The translations under genes were made by a program, and so were the position numbers. Below the pieces are notes generated by a model. It saw only the letters and a program-made list of their open reading frames with translations, ran no database searches and had not been told where the DNA came from. Shown here one piece after another: positions 40,133 through 50,224 of a DNA stretch of 64,000 nt; the first letter of the stretch is position 1; every line of letters begins with the position of its first letter. Source of the stretch: an uncultured Alphaproteobacteria bacterium (GTDB lineage Bacteria > Pseudomonadota > Alphaproteobacteria > Rs-D84); NCBI GenBank assembly GCA_944392815.1, contig CALXXY010000002.1:128001-192000 (forward strand), in the 5' to 3' direction.

Positions 40133-41476
40133 TTAACCTTCTAAAAATGCGCGCAACGCATCGCCAACGAGTGGTGCGTCCGCCCCGGACGGCAATTGCC
40201 CCGCATCAACAATAGATATAATACGCGGCGACATAAACACCACCAATTCAGCAAACGGACTGATTAACGTTTCAGGCGTCGTCACAAACGAATGTGTTGG
40301 AATACCAATAATTACATAATTATCCCCAACATCAGACGGTATATTAAACGAAGACAATTCCCCATTGCTGGTACGCAAAACTATTTTGGCGTCTATTTTA
40401 TTTTTACCACCCCAATCGCCATATGTACCGGTTGCACCGATTACCAAATCGGTTTCCAATCTGTCTTCTTTGCTGCATTGTCCAATATCAAAACGCGATT
40501 GCCAACCATTGGGAATCACGAACGTACCCTGGGAAATCAAAACAACATTGGATTGCTGTGCCAAAAATTCCTGTAAAGTTTTTGTATTAATCTCAGGACT
40601 GACCACCAGCGCACGCCCCACAACACCCGGAATTGACATTTTAATATTTTTATCCCCGAACGCAGGCAATAAATTCATCCAGATAATTGGATTGTCCGTC
40701 CGCGGATACACACGATACACATCAATGTCCCACGCAATCATATATTTTTTGGACGCAACATCAGAAATAATTTTGGCCACTTCGCGTTCTGTTTGATAAT
40801 TACCCTCGAACACCATGGTTTTATCCTGCCAATCAACCAATAAATTACGCACATCAGCCCCATGCATAGCGTCCAACAATGCCATAATAATACTTTCGTT
40901 TTTTGGCATTTTAATCAACCATTTGCCCCGATTATCCAAATGAATTTCTGCATTTTCTGCATCATATGAATAATACGCACGCCCCATTTTCGCCATCAGT
41001 TCCACACTGTCGGCCAAATTTCCCGCGGTAATGGTGCCCGATATAGTATCATTCAATTCACCATCTTCGACAACGGCAATATCAGTCCCCTGCAACAGTT
41101 TATCCAATGCCTCTTTGACGGTTAACTGTTCAAATTCGTAATCAGACACCTGTAATTCTGGCAACGCATCACCCGTGCCCAACCGTATCATTTCTATTTT
41201 TTCTTCGGGTACAACGGACACAACAGTTTGATTATCCCAATCCACAGTGCACCGCTTTGGTAATTCGATGGAAAAACGCTGGGCGGTATCAGTTGTCAAC
41301 GCGGCCTTTTTCGGGAAAATAGGCACAGAATTTTCATCAATCACAAAATTTTCAACAACATTTATGGTGTCGTATTGCGGAATATTTTCCTGGGCATTTT
41401 TCTGTGTGCACCCCAAACATACCAGCGCAGTCACAATCAACGCCCCGCCGCCAAACAATTTGTTTAATATTTTCAT
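40133..41476 (-). CDS. Lipoprotein with secretin N-domain-like region (PilN/BfpB-like, tentative)
   Basis: CLGC lipobox; TVKEALDKLL and GNLADSVELMAK...YYSY resemble secretin N0/STN region; ends ELVVFMSPRII. Confidence 0.5.
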   Translation of the reverse strand: MKILNKLFGGGALIVTALVCLGCTQKNAQENIPQYDTINVVENFVIDENSVPIFPKKAALTTDTAQRFSIELPKRCTVDWDNQTVVSVVPEEKIEMIRLGTGDALPELQVSDYEFEQLTVKEALDKLLQGTDIAVVEDGELNDTISGTITAGNLADSVELMAKMGRAYYSYDAENAEIHLDNRGKWLIKMPKNESIIMALLDAMHGADVRNLLVDWQDKTMVFEGNYQTEREVAKIISDVASKKYMIAWDIDVYRVYPRTDNPIIWMNLLPAFGDKNIKMSIPGVVGRALVVSPEINTKTLQEFLAQQSNVVLISQGTFVIPNGWQSRFDIGQCSKEDRLETDLVIGATGTYGDWGGKNKIDAKIVLRTSNGELSSFNIPSDVGDNYVIIGIPTHSFVTTPETLISPFAELVVFMSPRIISIVDAGQLPSGADAPLVGDALRAFLEG

Positions 41477-41513
41477 GTTGTCCCCTTGCCTTTCGTTATC
41501 GCCTGTGGTCAAA

Positions 41514-41840
41514 CTATATGTTCATTATACGTTCGAATTCCTCCAGCGTCATTTCATAAATAGGTTTTTGTGTTGGCGTGGTCAATTCACGCACATGTTC
41601 ATATTGTTCACCAAATTTTTTTATCACCGCCGCAACGTTTGCCGGCACAGCATTTTTATTTGCGTCCAACAACCGCCGCCCGTATTCATAAACATATTCC
41701 AACACGTCCGCCAAAAAGAATCGCCCAACATAGTTTTCCATTGCGATTCCGCCCTTTTGCACGCATATTGCAGACATGACCATTGTCATCTGGTTATACA
41801 AATTCGCCAGTTTAATAAAATTTTGAACTGTCAACGCCAT
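41514..41840 (-). CDS. Hypothetical protein
   Basis: 108-aa ORF with AGGA RBS, first gene of the minus-strand run. Confidence 0.7.
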   Translation of the reverse strand: MALTVQNFIKLANLYNQMTMVMSAICVQKGGIAMENYVGRFFLADVLEYVYEYGRRLLDANKNAVPANVAAVIKKFGEQYEHVRELTTPTQKPIYEMTLEEFERIMNI

Positions 41841-41916
41841 ATGTGTTTCCTATATTCCCATTACTGCATTATAAAAACTATTGCCCCCCAAAGGCAATTA
41901 AATTATAATACAAAAT

Positions 41917-42297
41917 ATGAGAATTAAATACATAGCGTTTGCATTAATATTGACCGCATGTGCGTCCGCCAATCGCGGCAGTATTGATGACGCCACAATA
42001 TTGAATTGGGAAAACGAATCCGTCACCATGGAACAATTCGTCCGCGATCACAAATCGTGCCTGGGCATAGATAAACCATCATACATGCCCCGTTCCCGTA
42101 TTGCGAAACTGCTGTCCCCGAACCAAAGCAGTATTATGCCCGATTGGGACGGCCTGTGGGTGACATTCCAATCCAATGAATACAGGGACGTTGGCCAACG
42201 CGCATTGTTATCAGTGCCACGAAACACCACGTCTAAATCGGTTGGTGCATATCGTAAATGTATGTTCCGCCGCGGGTATTTGTTGCGCGCGATGTAA
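41917..42297 (+). CDS. Hypothetical lipoprotein
   Basis: LTAC lipobox; DHKSC ... YRKCMFRRGY. Confidence 0.8.
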   Translation: MRIKYIAFALILTACASANRGSIDDATILNWENESVTMEQFVRDHKSCLGIDKPSYMPRSRIAKLLSPNQSSIMPDWDGLWVTFQSNEYRDVGQRALLSVPRNTTSKSVGAYRKCMFRRGYLLRAM

Positions 42298-42348
42298 TTT
42301 TTTCATGTACGCTTTTCAATTTCATAAATTTATGATATAATCAGCCAC

Positions 42349-43029
42349 ATGAAACGTTCCATATGGTTTTGGCTGTATTTTGTTATCGCAATTATTTTGG
42401 CGGTATATTTCGCAACCCAGATTATAATTACCTGCACGGGTCGTGGCGATTTATCATATGTGCGCAACATTTCCATTACCGCGGACGTCGCAAACAAAGA
42501 TTTAACCCCCATCGCGGCCGCGGCGGCGGTGGCCCCGGGCACACGTGCATTTGGCCACACACTGGACGAAATAAATGCCCGCATTGCGGCAACCCCGGGC
42601 GTTAAAAACAGCGCTGTGCGCCGTTTACCAAACGGGAATCTGTCTGTACATGTTGAATTATATCAACCTGTTGCCCAATGGACAGATGGGTTGCAGTATT
42701 ATCCACTGTCGGCCGACGGCACAATTGTAAACAAACCAACGGACACGCGTGATGAAAACACGGTCGTTTTTCGTGGCGACGTACCGGACAACATTGGTGA
42801 TATAACCGCCGCCGCCCATAATATTATCGCTGATTTGAATTATTTGGAATTTATCGAACACAGACGCTGGAATTTGCATACAACAGGCGGCATTACTGTA
42901 ATGTTGCCTGAACATAACCCAGCGGACGCGATTGCACGCCTGAACGTATTGAACCAAAATCACCAGATTTTATCCCGGGACATCGATATTTTGGACATGC
43001 GTGACGATGCGCGAATATTGGTAAAATAA
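42349..43029 (+). CDS. ftsQ: Cell division protein FtsQ
   Basis: N-terminal TM, POTRA (VKNSAVRRLPN), RRWNL, ILDMR. Confidence 0.88.
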   Translation: MKRSIWFWLYFVIAIILAVYFATQIIITCTGRGDLSYVRNISITADVANKDLTPIAAAAAVAPGTRAFGHTLDEINARIAATPGVKNSAVRRLPNGNLSVHVELYQPVAQWTDGLQYYPLSADGTIVNKPTDTRDENTVVFRGDVPDNIGDITAAAHNIIADLNYLEFIEHRRWNLHTTGGITVMLPEHNPADAIARLNVLNQNHQILSRDIDILDMRDDARILVK

Positions 43030-43036
43030 ACACGAA

Positions 43037-44821
43037 ATGAATTTGCTGGATTCATCTTTTTTATGCTTGGACATTGGGACGGGCGGTGTCCGCGGTATTG
43101 CGCACCACGTGCGAAATGGTCGCATTGCAAAATCGGCCGTGTATTCTGTGGACAACACGGATACAGTATTTGCATTAAAATCTGTAATCGATGAATTGGA
43201 AAATCAAATTGGCGATCATTTTGATAACGCGTATATCACAGGCAACCTGGGGCCAACCATATTTAAAATCAGTCCCAAAACAAAAAATTGGCGTGGCGAA
43301 CATAAAATAGTCCCATCGGACGTGACGGCACTGGTTTCACAAATTACCCCGCCTGATGGATATTATCCGTTGCATATAATTCCATTACGATACAAAACAA
43401 CAAACATTCAAAAATTATATTCGCCCATTGGATATACAGACACGTCCCTGACCGCGATATTCAGCGCAATATTTTATTCCACCGAATCCACGGAAAAAAT
43501 CACATCCATTTTGCGCGCTGCACATATACAACCATATTCTTTTTATGATCCCCAATTTTTACAGGCGATGGAACACCACGCAAAAAAATCTGCGGAACTC
43601 TATATTGATTTTGGCGCTGAATTCACCAGTATTTTAATCTGGTTGGATAACGGCCCGGTATTTCAACAAAAAATTCCATTTGGCGGGACAAACATTACAA
43701 ATGACATTTCTGAAAAATTGGGAATTGATTTTAACGTCGCTGAACAAATAAAACGTCGCGTTGCATGTATGATGCCAAACGAAATGGACAGATTTACCCC
43801 CGCCGACGCCGCATACGATTTTTCACGTGCGGACGTAAATGGAATAATTGTCCCACACATGGTTGACATTTGCGCCCGTATCAAGGACGCCTGTGCCGCC
43901 CCATTCAAACACCGCATGCCGAACAAAATATTTATATCTGGTGGCGGGGCAGAAATTGAATCAATATCCGATTTTATTGAAAATGTGTTCGGATTACCCG
44001 TGGAAAACATTCATGTATCGGCCAGTGTCCAGTCACTGTCCACATACATCTGGAACGCGGAATCGGCACACCGCAACGCATACAGCGCACGCAGCGAACG
44101 CATAAATAACATACGCACACGCATCGTATCATTGTTTACACCGCGTCCCAAAAAACGGATTCAATTTATCCCTGTAATGCCCAGCACCCTGTGTTTTGAT
44201 ATGAAAAGTCCGGAAACATATTCCATGTTTCGTTCGGGTGGAATATCAATGATACACGTTGATATAATGGACGGGCTGTATGTGGAAAATATCCGTGGCA
44301 GTATTGCTGAATTAAAATATATCCGCACGCATACAAATGCCCACCTGCATGTACATTTAATGACCGAAAGTCCGACCGTCTGGGCATCAGACGCCATTGC
44401 CGCCGGCGCCAACACAATTATTGTATCAACGAACACATCAGGCGTGCGTGCAGCCATTCGTCAAATTCACGCGGCGGGCCGCCGTGCGGGCGTTGCGTTA
44501 AATCCCGACTCGTCAGTCCAGATATTAAAACCAATCCTGCGCGAATTGGACGAGGTTATGGTCATGGCCGTCGCCCCCGGTGCCGCGGGCCAACCATTTG
44601 ACGACAGTGTTTTGCACAAAATATCAGTATTGGCCGCAACGCGCAAAAAACACGGATTAAAATATATAATTTCTGTTGATGGCGGAATAAATAACGAAAC
44701 CGCCCAAAAATGCTGGGCGGCGGGCGCAGATTTATTGATCAGTGGTTCATACCTGGCACACAGTGCGGATTTCCCATTGGCCGTACAAAGTTTATTAAAA
44801 CATACCGACAAAACAAATTAA
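43037..44821 (+). CDS. FtsA - ribulose-phosphate 3-epimerase fusion
   Basis: N-terminal LDIGT, IDFGAEFT, GGTNITNDI, AEQIK, ISGGGA (FtsA); C-terminal HVDIMDG, VHLM, GVALNP, VDGGIN, GADLLISGS (Rpe). Confidence 0.9.
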   Translation: MNLLDSSFLCLDIGTGGVRGIAHHVRNGRIAKSAVYSVDNTDTVFALKSVIDELENQIGDHFDNAYITGNLGPTIFKISPKTKNWRGEHKIVPSDVTALVSQITPPDGYYPLHIIPLRYKTTNIQKLYSPIGYTDTSLTAIFSAIFYSTESTEKITSILRAAHIQPYSFYDPQFLQAMEHHAKKSAELYIDFGAEFTSILIWLDNGPVFQQKIPFGGTNITNDISEKLGIDFNVAEQIKRRVACMMPNEMDRFTPADAAYDFSRADVNGIIVPHMVDICARIKDACAAPFKHRMPNKIFISGGGAEIESISDFIENVFGLPVENIHVSASVQSLSTYIWNAESAHRNAYSARSERINNIRTRIVSLFTPRPKKRIQFIPVMPSTLCFDMKSPETYSMFRSGGISMIHVDIMDGLYVENIRGSIAELKYIRTHTNAHLHVHLMTESPTVWASDAIAAGANTIIVSTNTSGVRAAIRQIHAAGRRAGVALNPDSSVQILKPILRELDEVMVMAVAPGAAGQPFDDSVLHKISVLAATRKKHGLKYIISVDGGINNETAQKCWAAGADLLISGSYLAHSADFPLAVQSLLKHTDKTN

Positions 44822-45222
44822 TCTGCAATTTCAATGTGACGACTGTCACCATCACCGGTAATATAAATATGAATTGTGTTTTCCGGCAACATATCAGCCG
44901 CAATATCAGGCCATTCGATTAATGTTATATCGTTCTGCACAGCATACGGCAAACCAATTTCGACCAATTCTGATTTATCGTTTATTCTGTATAAATCGAA
45001 ATGCGATATCCCGTCATAGTTCTGCACAATGGTAAACGTCGGACTGGGCACAACAGTATCAGCCCCGCGCAACGTTTGAATAATCGTGCGTGCAATTTCA
45101 GATTTTCCCATACCCAAATCACCATGCAGCGCAACAACACACGGCGCATGCAATTTTTTTGCAAACTCGCGCGCGAATTCGTGTGTTTCATTCAAATTTT
45201 TTAAATCGTATGTTTTTGACAT
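44818..45222 (-). CDS. tsaE: tRNA threonylcarbamoyladenosine biosynthesis ATPase
   Basis: LHGDLGMGKS, VPSPTF, HFDLYR, LIEWP. Confidence 0.96.
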   Translation of the reverse strand: MSKTYDLKNLNETHEFAREFAKKLHAPCVVALHGDLGMGKSEIARTIIQTLRGADTVVPSPTFTIVQNYDGISHFDLYRINDKSELVEIGLPYAVQNDITLIEWPDIAADMLPENTIHIYITGDGDSRHIEIAD

Positions 45223-45225
45223 GTC

Positions 45226-47214
45226 TTACTCCAACAACAGCAAATCATCTTCCATTTTATGAATTGCATCGCGCAATTCAGCCGCATGTTCGAATTCCAG
45301 ATTTTCTGCCGCATCGCGCATTTGCTTGGTTAATTTTTTGATTTCTTTGCGCAAAGTTTCTGCGTCCATTACGCCATCAGTGGTATATACAAATTTGCGC
45401 TTTTTATCTGTTTTTTCCTGTTTGTCGCCAACCTCGGCAAAAACGGCCTTGGTCACAGTTTTCGGCGTAATATTGTGTTCACGATTATACGCCATTTGCT
45501 TTTCCCGGCGTCGCGCCGTTTCGTCCAGCGCAAACCGCATAGAATCTGTAATCGTATCGCCATACAATATCACACGCCCATTGGCATTACGCGCCGCGCG
45601 CCCAATTGTCTGAATCAACGACCGCGCAGAACGTAAAAATCCCTCTTTATCGGCGTCCATAATGGCCACCAATTCACATTCAGGCACGTCCAACCCTTCG
45701 CGCAGCAAATTAATCCCAACCAACACATCAAATTTACCCAAACGTAAATCGCGCAATAATTCGATACGTTCCAACGTTTCGATATCACTGTGCAAATATT
45801 TGGCCCGCACACCATTTTCAACGAAATAATCAGTTAATTGCTCTGCCATTTTTTTGGTCAGGGTCGTCACCAAAACACGCCCATGCACCTTTTTCACTTC
45901 GTCCAGCAAATCGTCCACCTGGTGTGCTGTGGGTCGAACCTCGCACGCGGGATCCAACAATCCAGTTGGTCGAATAACCTGTTCAGACACAATCCCGCCC
46001 GATTGATTTAATTCCCATTCAGCCGGCGTCGCGGACACAAAAATCGTTTGCGGACGCAGCGCGTCCCATTCATCAAACGTCAACGGCCTGTTATCGATAC
46101 ACGCAGGCAACCGAAATCCATATTGTGACAAAGTTTCCTTGCGCGCCCTATCCCCACGTGACATGGCCGAAATTTGCGGCACAGTCACATGACTTTCGTC
46201 AATAAACAAAACTGCATCGCGTGGCAAATATTCAAACAAAGTCGGTGGCGGCTGTCCAGGTGCCCGCCCAGACAAATACCGCGAATAATTTTCAATCCCG
46301 CGACATGTGCCTGTTGATTCCATCATTTCGATATCGAAATTGACACGTTCGCGCAAACGCTGTTCTTCTATATATTTCATATTATCATGAAAATATTTCA
46401 ACCGCTGTTCCAAATCAGCGCGAATTTGCCCAATCGCCTGCAAAATACTGGGCATAGGTGTCGCATAATGCGTATTCGGGTACACCGCCACCCTGTCCAA
46501 TTTTTGTAATTTCGCACCAGTCAGCGTATCAAATTCCCATATTTCTTCTATTTCATCACCCCAAAACGAAATTTTCCAACCCCTGTCCTGGGAATGCGAC
46601 GGAAACACGTCCAGCGTATCGCCACGCACACGAAAATCGCCACGTTCAAACGCCATATCGTTGCGCTTGTACTGAATATCAACCAACGAATGAATTACGT
46701 CATTAACACCCAATTTGTCCCCGACGTGCAAAACAACCTTCATTCCAGAATATTGTTCCGGCGACCCCATACCATAAATAGACGACACAGACGACACGAC
46801 GACAACATCGCGTTCCTCCAGCATAGCGCGCGTAGCGCTGTGCCGCATACGATCCAATTGTTCATTTATGGACGCGTCTTTATCTATATACGTATCGGTT
46901 GTGGGTAAATACGCCTCGGGCTGATAGTAATCATAATACGACACAAAATATTCGACATGATTATTCGGGAAAAAAGATTTCATTTCGGTATACAACTGCG
47001 CCGCCAAAATTTTATTTGGCGCCATAATCATAGCCGGCCGGCCCAATTCAGCAATTACATTCGCCATAGTGAATGTTTTCCCAGACCCCGTCACCCCCAA
47101 CAATACCTGGCTGCGGCGCCCATCACGCACGCCGGCCACCAATTCAGATATTGCCTGGGGCTGATCACCCATTGGCTTGTAATCACTTTGAAGATCGAAT
47201 ATTTTTTTATTCAC
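45226..47214 (-). CDS. uvrB: Excinuclease ABC subunit B
   Basis: [36 protein letters not shown] domain. Confidence 0.99.
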   Translation of the reverse strand: MNKKIFDLQSDYKPMGDQPQAISELVAGVRDGRRSQVLLGVTGSGKTFTMANVIAELGRPAMIMAPNKILAAQLYTEMKSFFPNNHVEYFVSYYDYYQPEAYLPTTDTYIDKDASINEQLDRMRHSATRAMLEERDVVVVSSVSSIYGMGSPEQYSGMKVVLHVGDKLGVNDVIHSLVDIQYKRNDMAFERGDFRVRGDTLDVFPSHSQDRGWKISFWGDEIEEIWEFDTLTGAKLQKLDRVAVYPNTHYATPMPSILQAIGQIRADLEQRLKYFHDNMKYIEEQRLRERVNFDIEMMESTGTCRGIENYSRYLSGRAPGQPPPTLFEYLPRDAVLFIDESHVTVPQISAMSRGDRARKETLSQYGFRLPACIDNRPLTFDEWDALRPQTIFVSATPAEWELNQSGGIVSEQVIRPTGLLDPACEVRPTAHQVDDLLDEVKKVHGRVLVTTLTKKMAEQLTDYFVENGVRAKYLHSDIETLERIELLRDLRLGKFDVLVGINLLREGLDVPECELVAIMDADKEGFLRSARSLIQTIGRAARNANGRVILYGDTITDSMRFALDETARRREKQMAYNREHNITPKTVTKAVFAEVGDKQEKTDKKRKFVYTTDGVMDAETLRKEIKKLTKQMRDAAENLEFEHAAELRDAIHKMEDDLLLLE

Positions 47215-47261
47215 AAGGCATAATATAATTCATTATAATCAAAATACAAGGGAATAGAGAA

Positions 47262-49736
47262 ATGGCATTAAAACCCCGTTATAAACGCAGAATCTTTTGG
47301 TCCGCGCTGGTTGTCGTGGGATTGTTTATCATGGCCATTGCCATTATCCCACCATTAATTACATTGAATAATCTGAAACCGAAAATCCAGCAAACTATTG
47401 CGGAACAAACCGGTATCACGGCCCAGATAAACGGCGACGTACATTTCAGCTTACTGGGGCGCACAACGATTGTCGCGCACGATGTCACGATATCAAATGG
47501 CACCATTGGCGCATTAATGTTTTCGGTTCCCATCACACATATATTTGACCTGGATAACGCCCCGCTGTCTGGGAAAATCACGATATATAATGCAAATTTA
47601 TCAATTGGCAATTTGATACCTGGACAATTTAATCATGCAATTGAAATACATAATTCAGAAATAAATTTCAAAAACCGCGAATTTGAAATTATCGATGCCA
47701 CATTGGACAACGGCCATCTGGTTGGGGTAATTCGCACAAAACAACATAAATATGACATAGATTTCGAAAACGATGTTTTTTACGTCCGCAATCAAAACGA
47801 TAAATTGGAAATATCCGGCAATATATTCACAGACGGTTCTGTGCGTGGCACAATTTCCATGGAAACAGACAATATCAATCGTTGGTTCGGATTTGCTGAA
47901 CCTAAAATAGACAAAACAATCGCATTGACCATGCAATTTGATTGGGACGGTGGTCGTGGTTGGAAATTCACAAACATAAAAATGCCAAAAATTTCTGGCA
48001 ACATTACAATCAACCCCGACGGCAGTAAAATTGTTGAATTGCGTGGACATGATTTAATATATGATTTGTCATTTTTAACCCGCCCATCGCGTATATTTTA
48101 CCAAACCCAATTTGATTTGGATTTCACAGGCCAATTACAATTCGGTACGCGTACATTCAAACACCTGGCGGTTAATGCAATTGGTACACGCAACGAAATA
48201 CAAATCGAAAATATCATCGCAGACGATATCGCAATCAATGGCGGCACCATCGATGCAAACGGCGCACACAATTTAATGATAACTATGCCGTACCACAGCG
48301 CACCCGCTGTATGCACGTTTTCTGGCACCCCAGACGTATGGCGTTGTGATAAATTTGCATACGATGATTACGTTGGCACGATATCTGTATCGCCCGAATA
48401 TTTTGATTTGGTTGTATTTTCAGAACGCCCATCACCAAACCGCGCAAACGCAATTCGCGATTTATTAAAATTCGCCCCACGTGGAAAAATAGATTTTGAA
48501 TTCGCAGACATTGCGGGCACATATGAAATCGACGGCGATAAAATAATACCACAATACAGATTTGCAAACGGAAAAACTTTGTATTGGTTAAACCCAAACA
48601 TGAAACAAATACCACAATTCATGCGCGACACAATTGGTAATTTCACATGGCGCAACGATGTAATGTATTTCACCCCTGATTCAGGACGTTGGAATCTGGC
48701 TTTGACAGACACATATTTTCGTATTTCCGGAACAAATATCAAAGAATGGTTCCCAGGCATCGATTTAAATGCGTTTAATAACCTGCCCTATGTTATGTCT
48801 GGCACATACCGCGGCGACACAGTATCAAAACTGGAATTAAAAATCGCAGGTCATGAATTTACTGGCACAATATCAAACAACAATATCACATTGCACACCG
48901 ATATATTCGATTTGAATTCATTTATCAACCAAAATTACATTGATAATTACGAAGAATTATCGTTTTTAACCCTGCCCCCGATTACGGTTCCATTCAGTTT
49001 TCCTATGACTGTTTCGCTGTCTGCGGACGCATTGATATTTGATGGGAATATGTTTAAAAATTTTGTGTATTCATTAAAACCAAACATTCAAACTTTTTCA
49101 ATCACAGACCGCGAACGTGGCAATTTGTTGGCAACATTATCACGCGATGGCAACAAATACAAAATATTCGCACAATTAAATAAATTCTTGTTAAACGGCA
49201 CAATTCTGGGCACACAAATGCCACTGAATATCCGCGACAGCATGATAACAGGCGAAATCAACATGCGCACATTTGGCAATATCACACATGATTTAGAATA
49301 CAATCTGCGCGGCGATGTTGATTTAACATTTAATGGCGGATATTTAATCGGCATTGGCGTTGACTATTTATTTGCGTCCGCAAATCAAATCAACACATTT
49401 AACGCAGAATATGCATTGTCATATGCACTGGACGGCGGCGAATCAGCAATCAAAACAATGCGTATAATTGGCGAATACAACAGTGGCGATTTTATCACCA
49501 CCGCCCCGATTGAATTGCGCCTGCGCCACACAGATGTCACCGGCGAATTGGAAATAACCGACGGCGCAATGCAGGCAACATTTAACTTAACACTGCGTGG
49601 TACATCACCCGTACCGGCGCCAATTGATTTGACCATAAACCCAAATGGCACACGTGAATATTCACTGTCGGAAATTATGATGAATTTCGACGCAACATAT
49701 ATGCGCGATTTTGTTCGCACACACGACAGATTTTAA
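47262..49736 (+). CDS. AsmA-like protein
   Basis: N-terminal TM, LKPKIQQTIAEQTG..INGDVHFSL, beta-rich 824 aa. Confidence 0.7.
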   Translation: MALKPRYKRRIFWSALVVVGLFIMAIAIIPPLITLNNLKPKIQQTIAEQTGITAQINGDVHFSLLGRTTIVAHDVTISNGTIGALMFSVPITHIFDLDNAPLSGKITIYNANLSIGNLIPGQFNHAIEIHNSEINFKNREFEIIDATLDNGHLVGVIRTKQHKYDIDFENDVFYVRNQNDKLEISGNIFTDGSVRGTISMETDNINRWFGFAEPKIDKTIALTMQFDWDGGRGWKFTNIKMPKISGNITINPDGSKIVELRGHDLIYDLSFLTRPSRIFYQTQFDLDFTGQLQFGTRTFKHLAVNAIGTRNEIQIENIIADDIAINGGTIDANGAHNLMITMPYHSAPAVCTFSGTPDVWRCDKFAYDDYVGTISVSPEYFDLVVFSERPSPNRANAIRDLLKFAPRGKIDFEFADIAGTYEIDGDKIIPQYRFANGKTLYWLNPNMKQIPQFMRDTIGNFTWRNDVMYFTPDSGRWNLALTDTYFRISGTNIKEWFPGIDLNAFNNLPYVMSGTYRGDTVSKLELKIAGHEFTGTISNNNITLHTDIFDLNSFINQNYIDNYEELSFLTLPPITVPFSFPMTVSLSADALIFDGNMFKNFVYSLKPNIQTFSITDRERGNLLATLSRDGNKYKIFAQLNKFLLNGTILGTQMPLNIRDSMITGEINMRTFGNITHDLEYNLRGDVDLTFNGGYLIGIGVDYLFASANQINTFNAEYALSYALDGGESAIKTMRIIGEYNSGDFITTAPIELRLRHTDVTGELEITDGAMQATFNLTLRGTSPVPAPIDLTINPNGTREYSLSEIMMNFDATYMRDFVRTHDRF

Positions 49737-49743
49737 AACAATA

Positions 49744-50100
49744 TTAATGTTGCGTTTCACGTAAAAACGTGGCGCGTGTAATAATATTTCCATCGCCATC
49801 GGCATAGTATCTGTATTGTCCAATTGGCGCACTGTAAAATCCATGTGCACGAAAATCTATGCCGCGTCCACGCCGAACCAGCATTTTATTTTCACCAATT
49901 AAATCCGCACTGCGTCCATAAAATATACGCCCCAAAAAATTCAAAAACACATGTGATGTGGCCACGCGTGGCGCATACAGCACAGCCCCACGTTTAATCA
50001 ATCCAGACAATTTATATGCATCTGGATTTGATTTCAATACATTTTCCTGATACACACTTAAATTCAGCGCACGTGCCAATTTATCAATTTCTGGATTCAT
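49744..50100 (-). CDS. Hypothetical protein
   Basis: 118-aa ORF from MNPEID with GGGGGA RBS. Confidence 0.65.
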   Translation of the reverse strand: MNPEIDKLARALNLSVYQENVLKSNPDAYKLSGLIKRGAVLYAPRVATSHVFLNFLGRIFYGRSADLIGENKMLVRRGRGIDFRAHGFYSAPIGQYRYYADGDGNIITRATFLRETQH

Positions 50101-50224
50101 TACATTCCCCCACAATGTTATCCAAAAATTATACGCACCCACACCGCACGATTTAACAGGTATGATTTCCCACAAAAAAATACAGACGCCGCAATAGCGT
50201 CTGTATTAAATGCGCAGCGCAATA

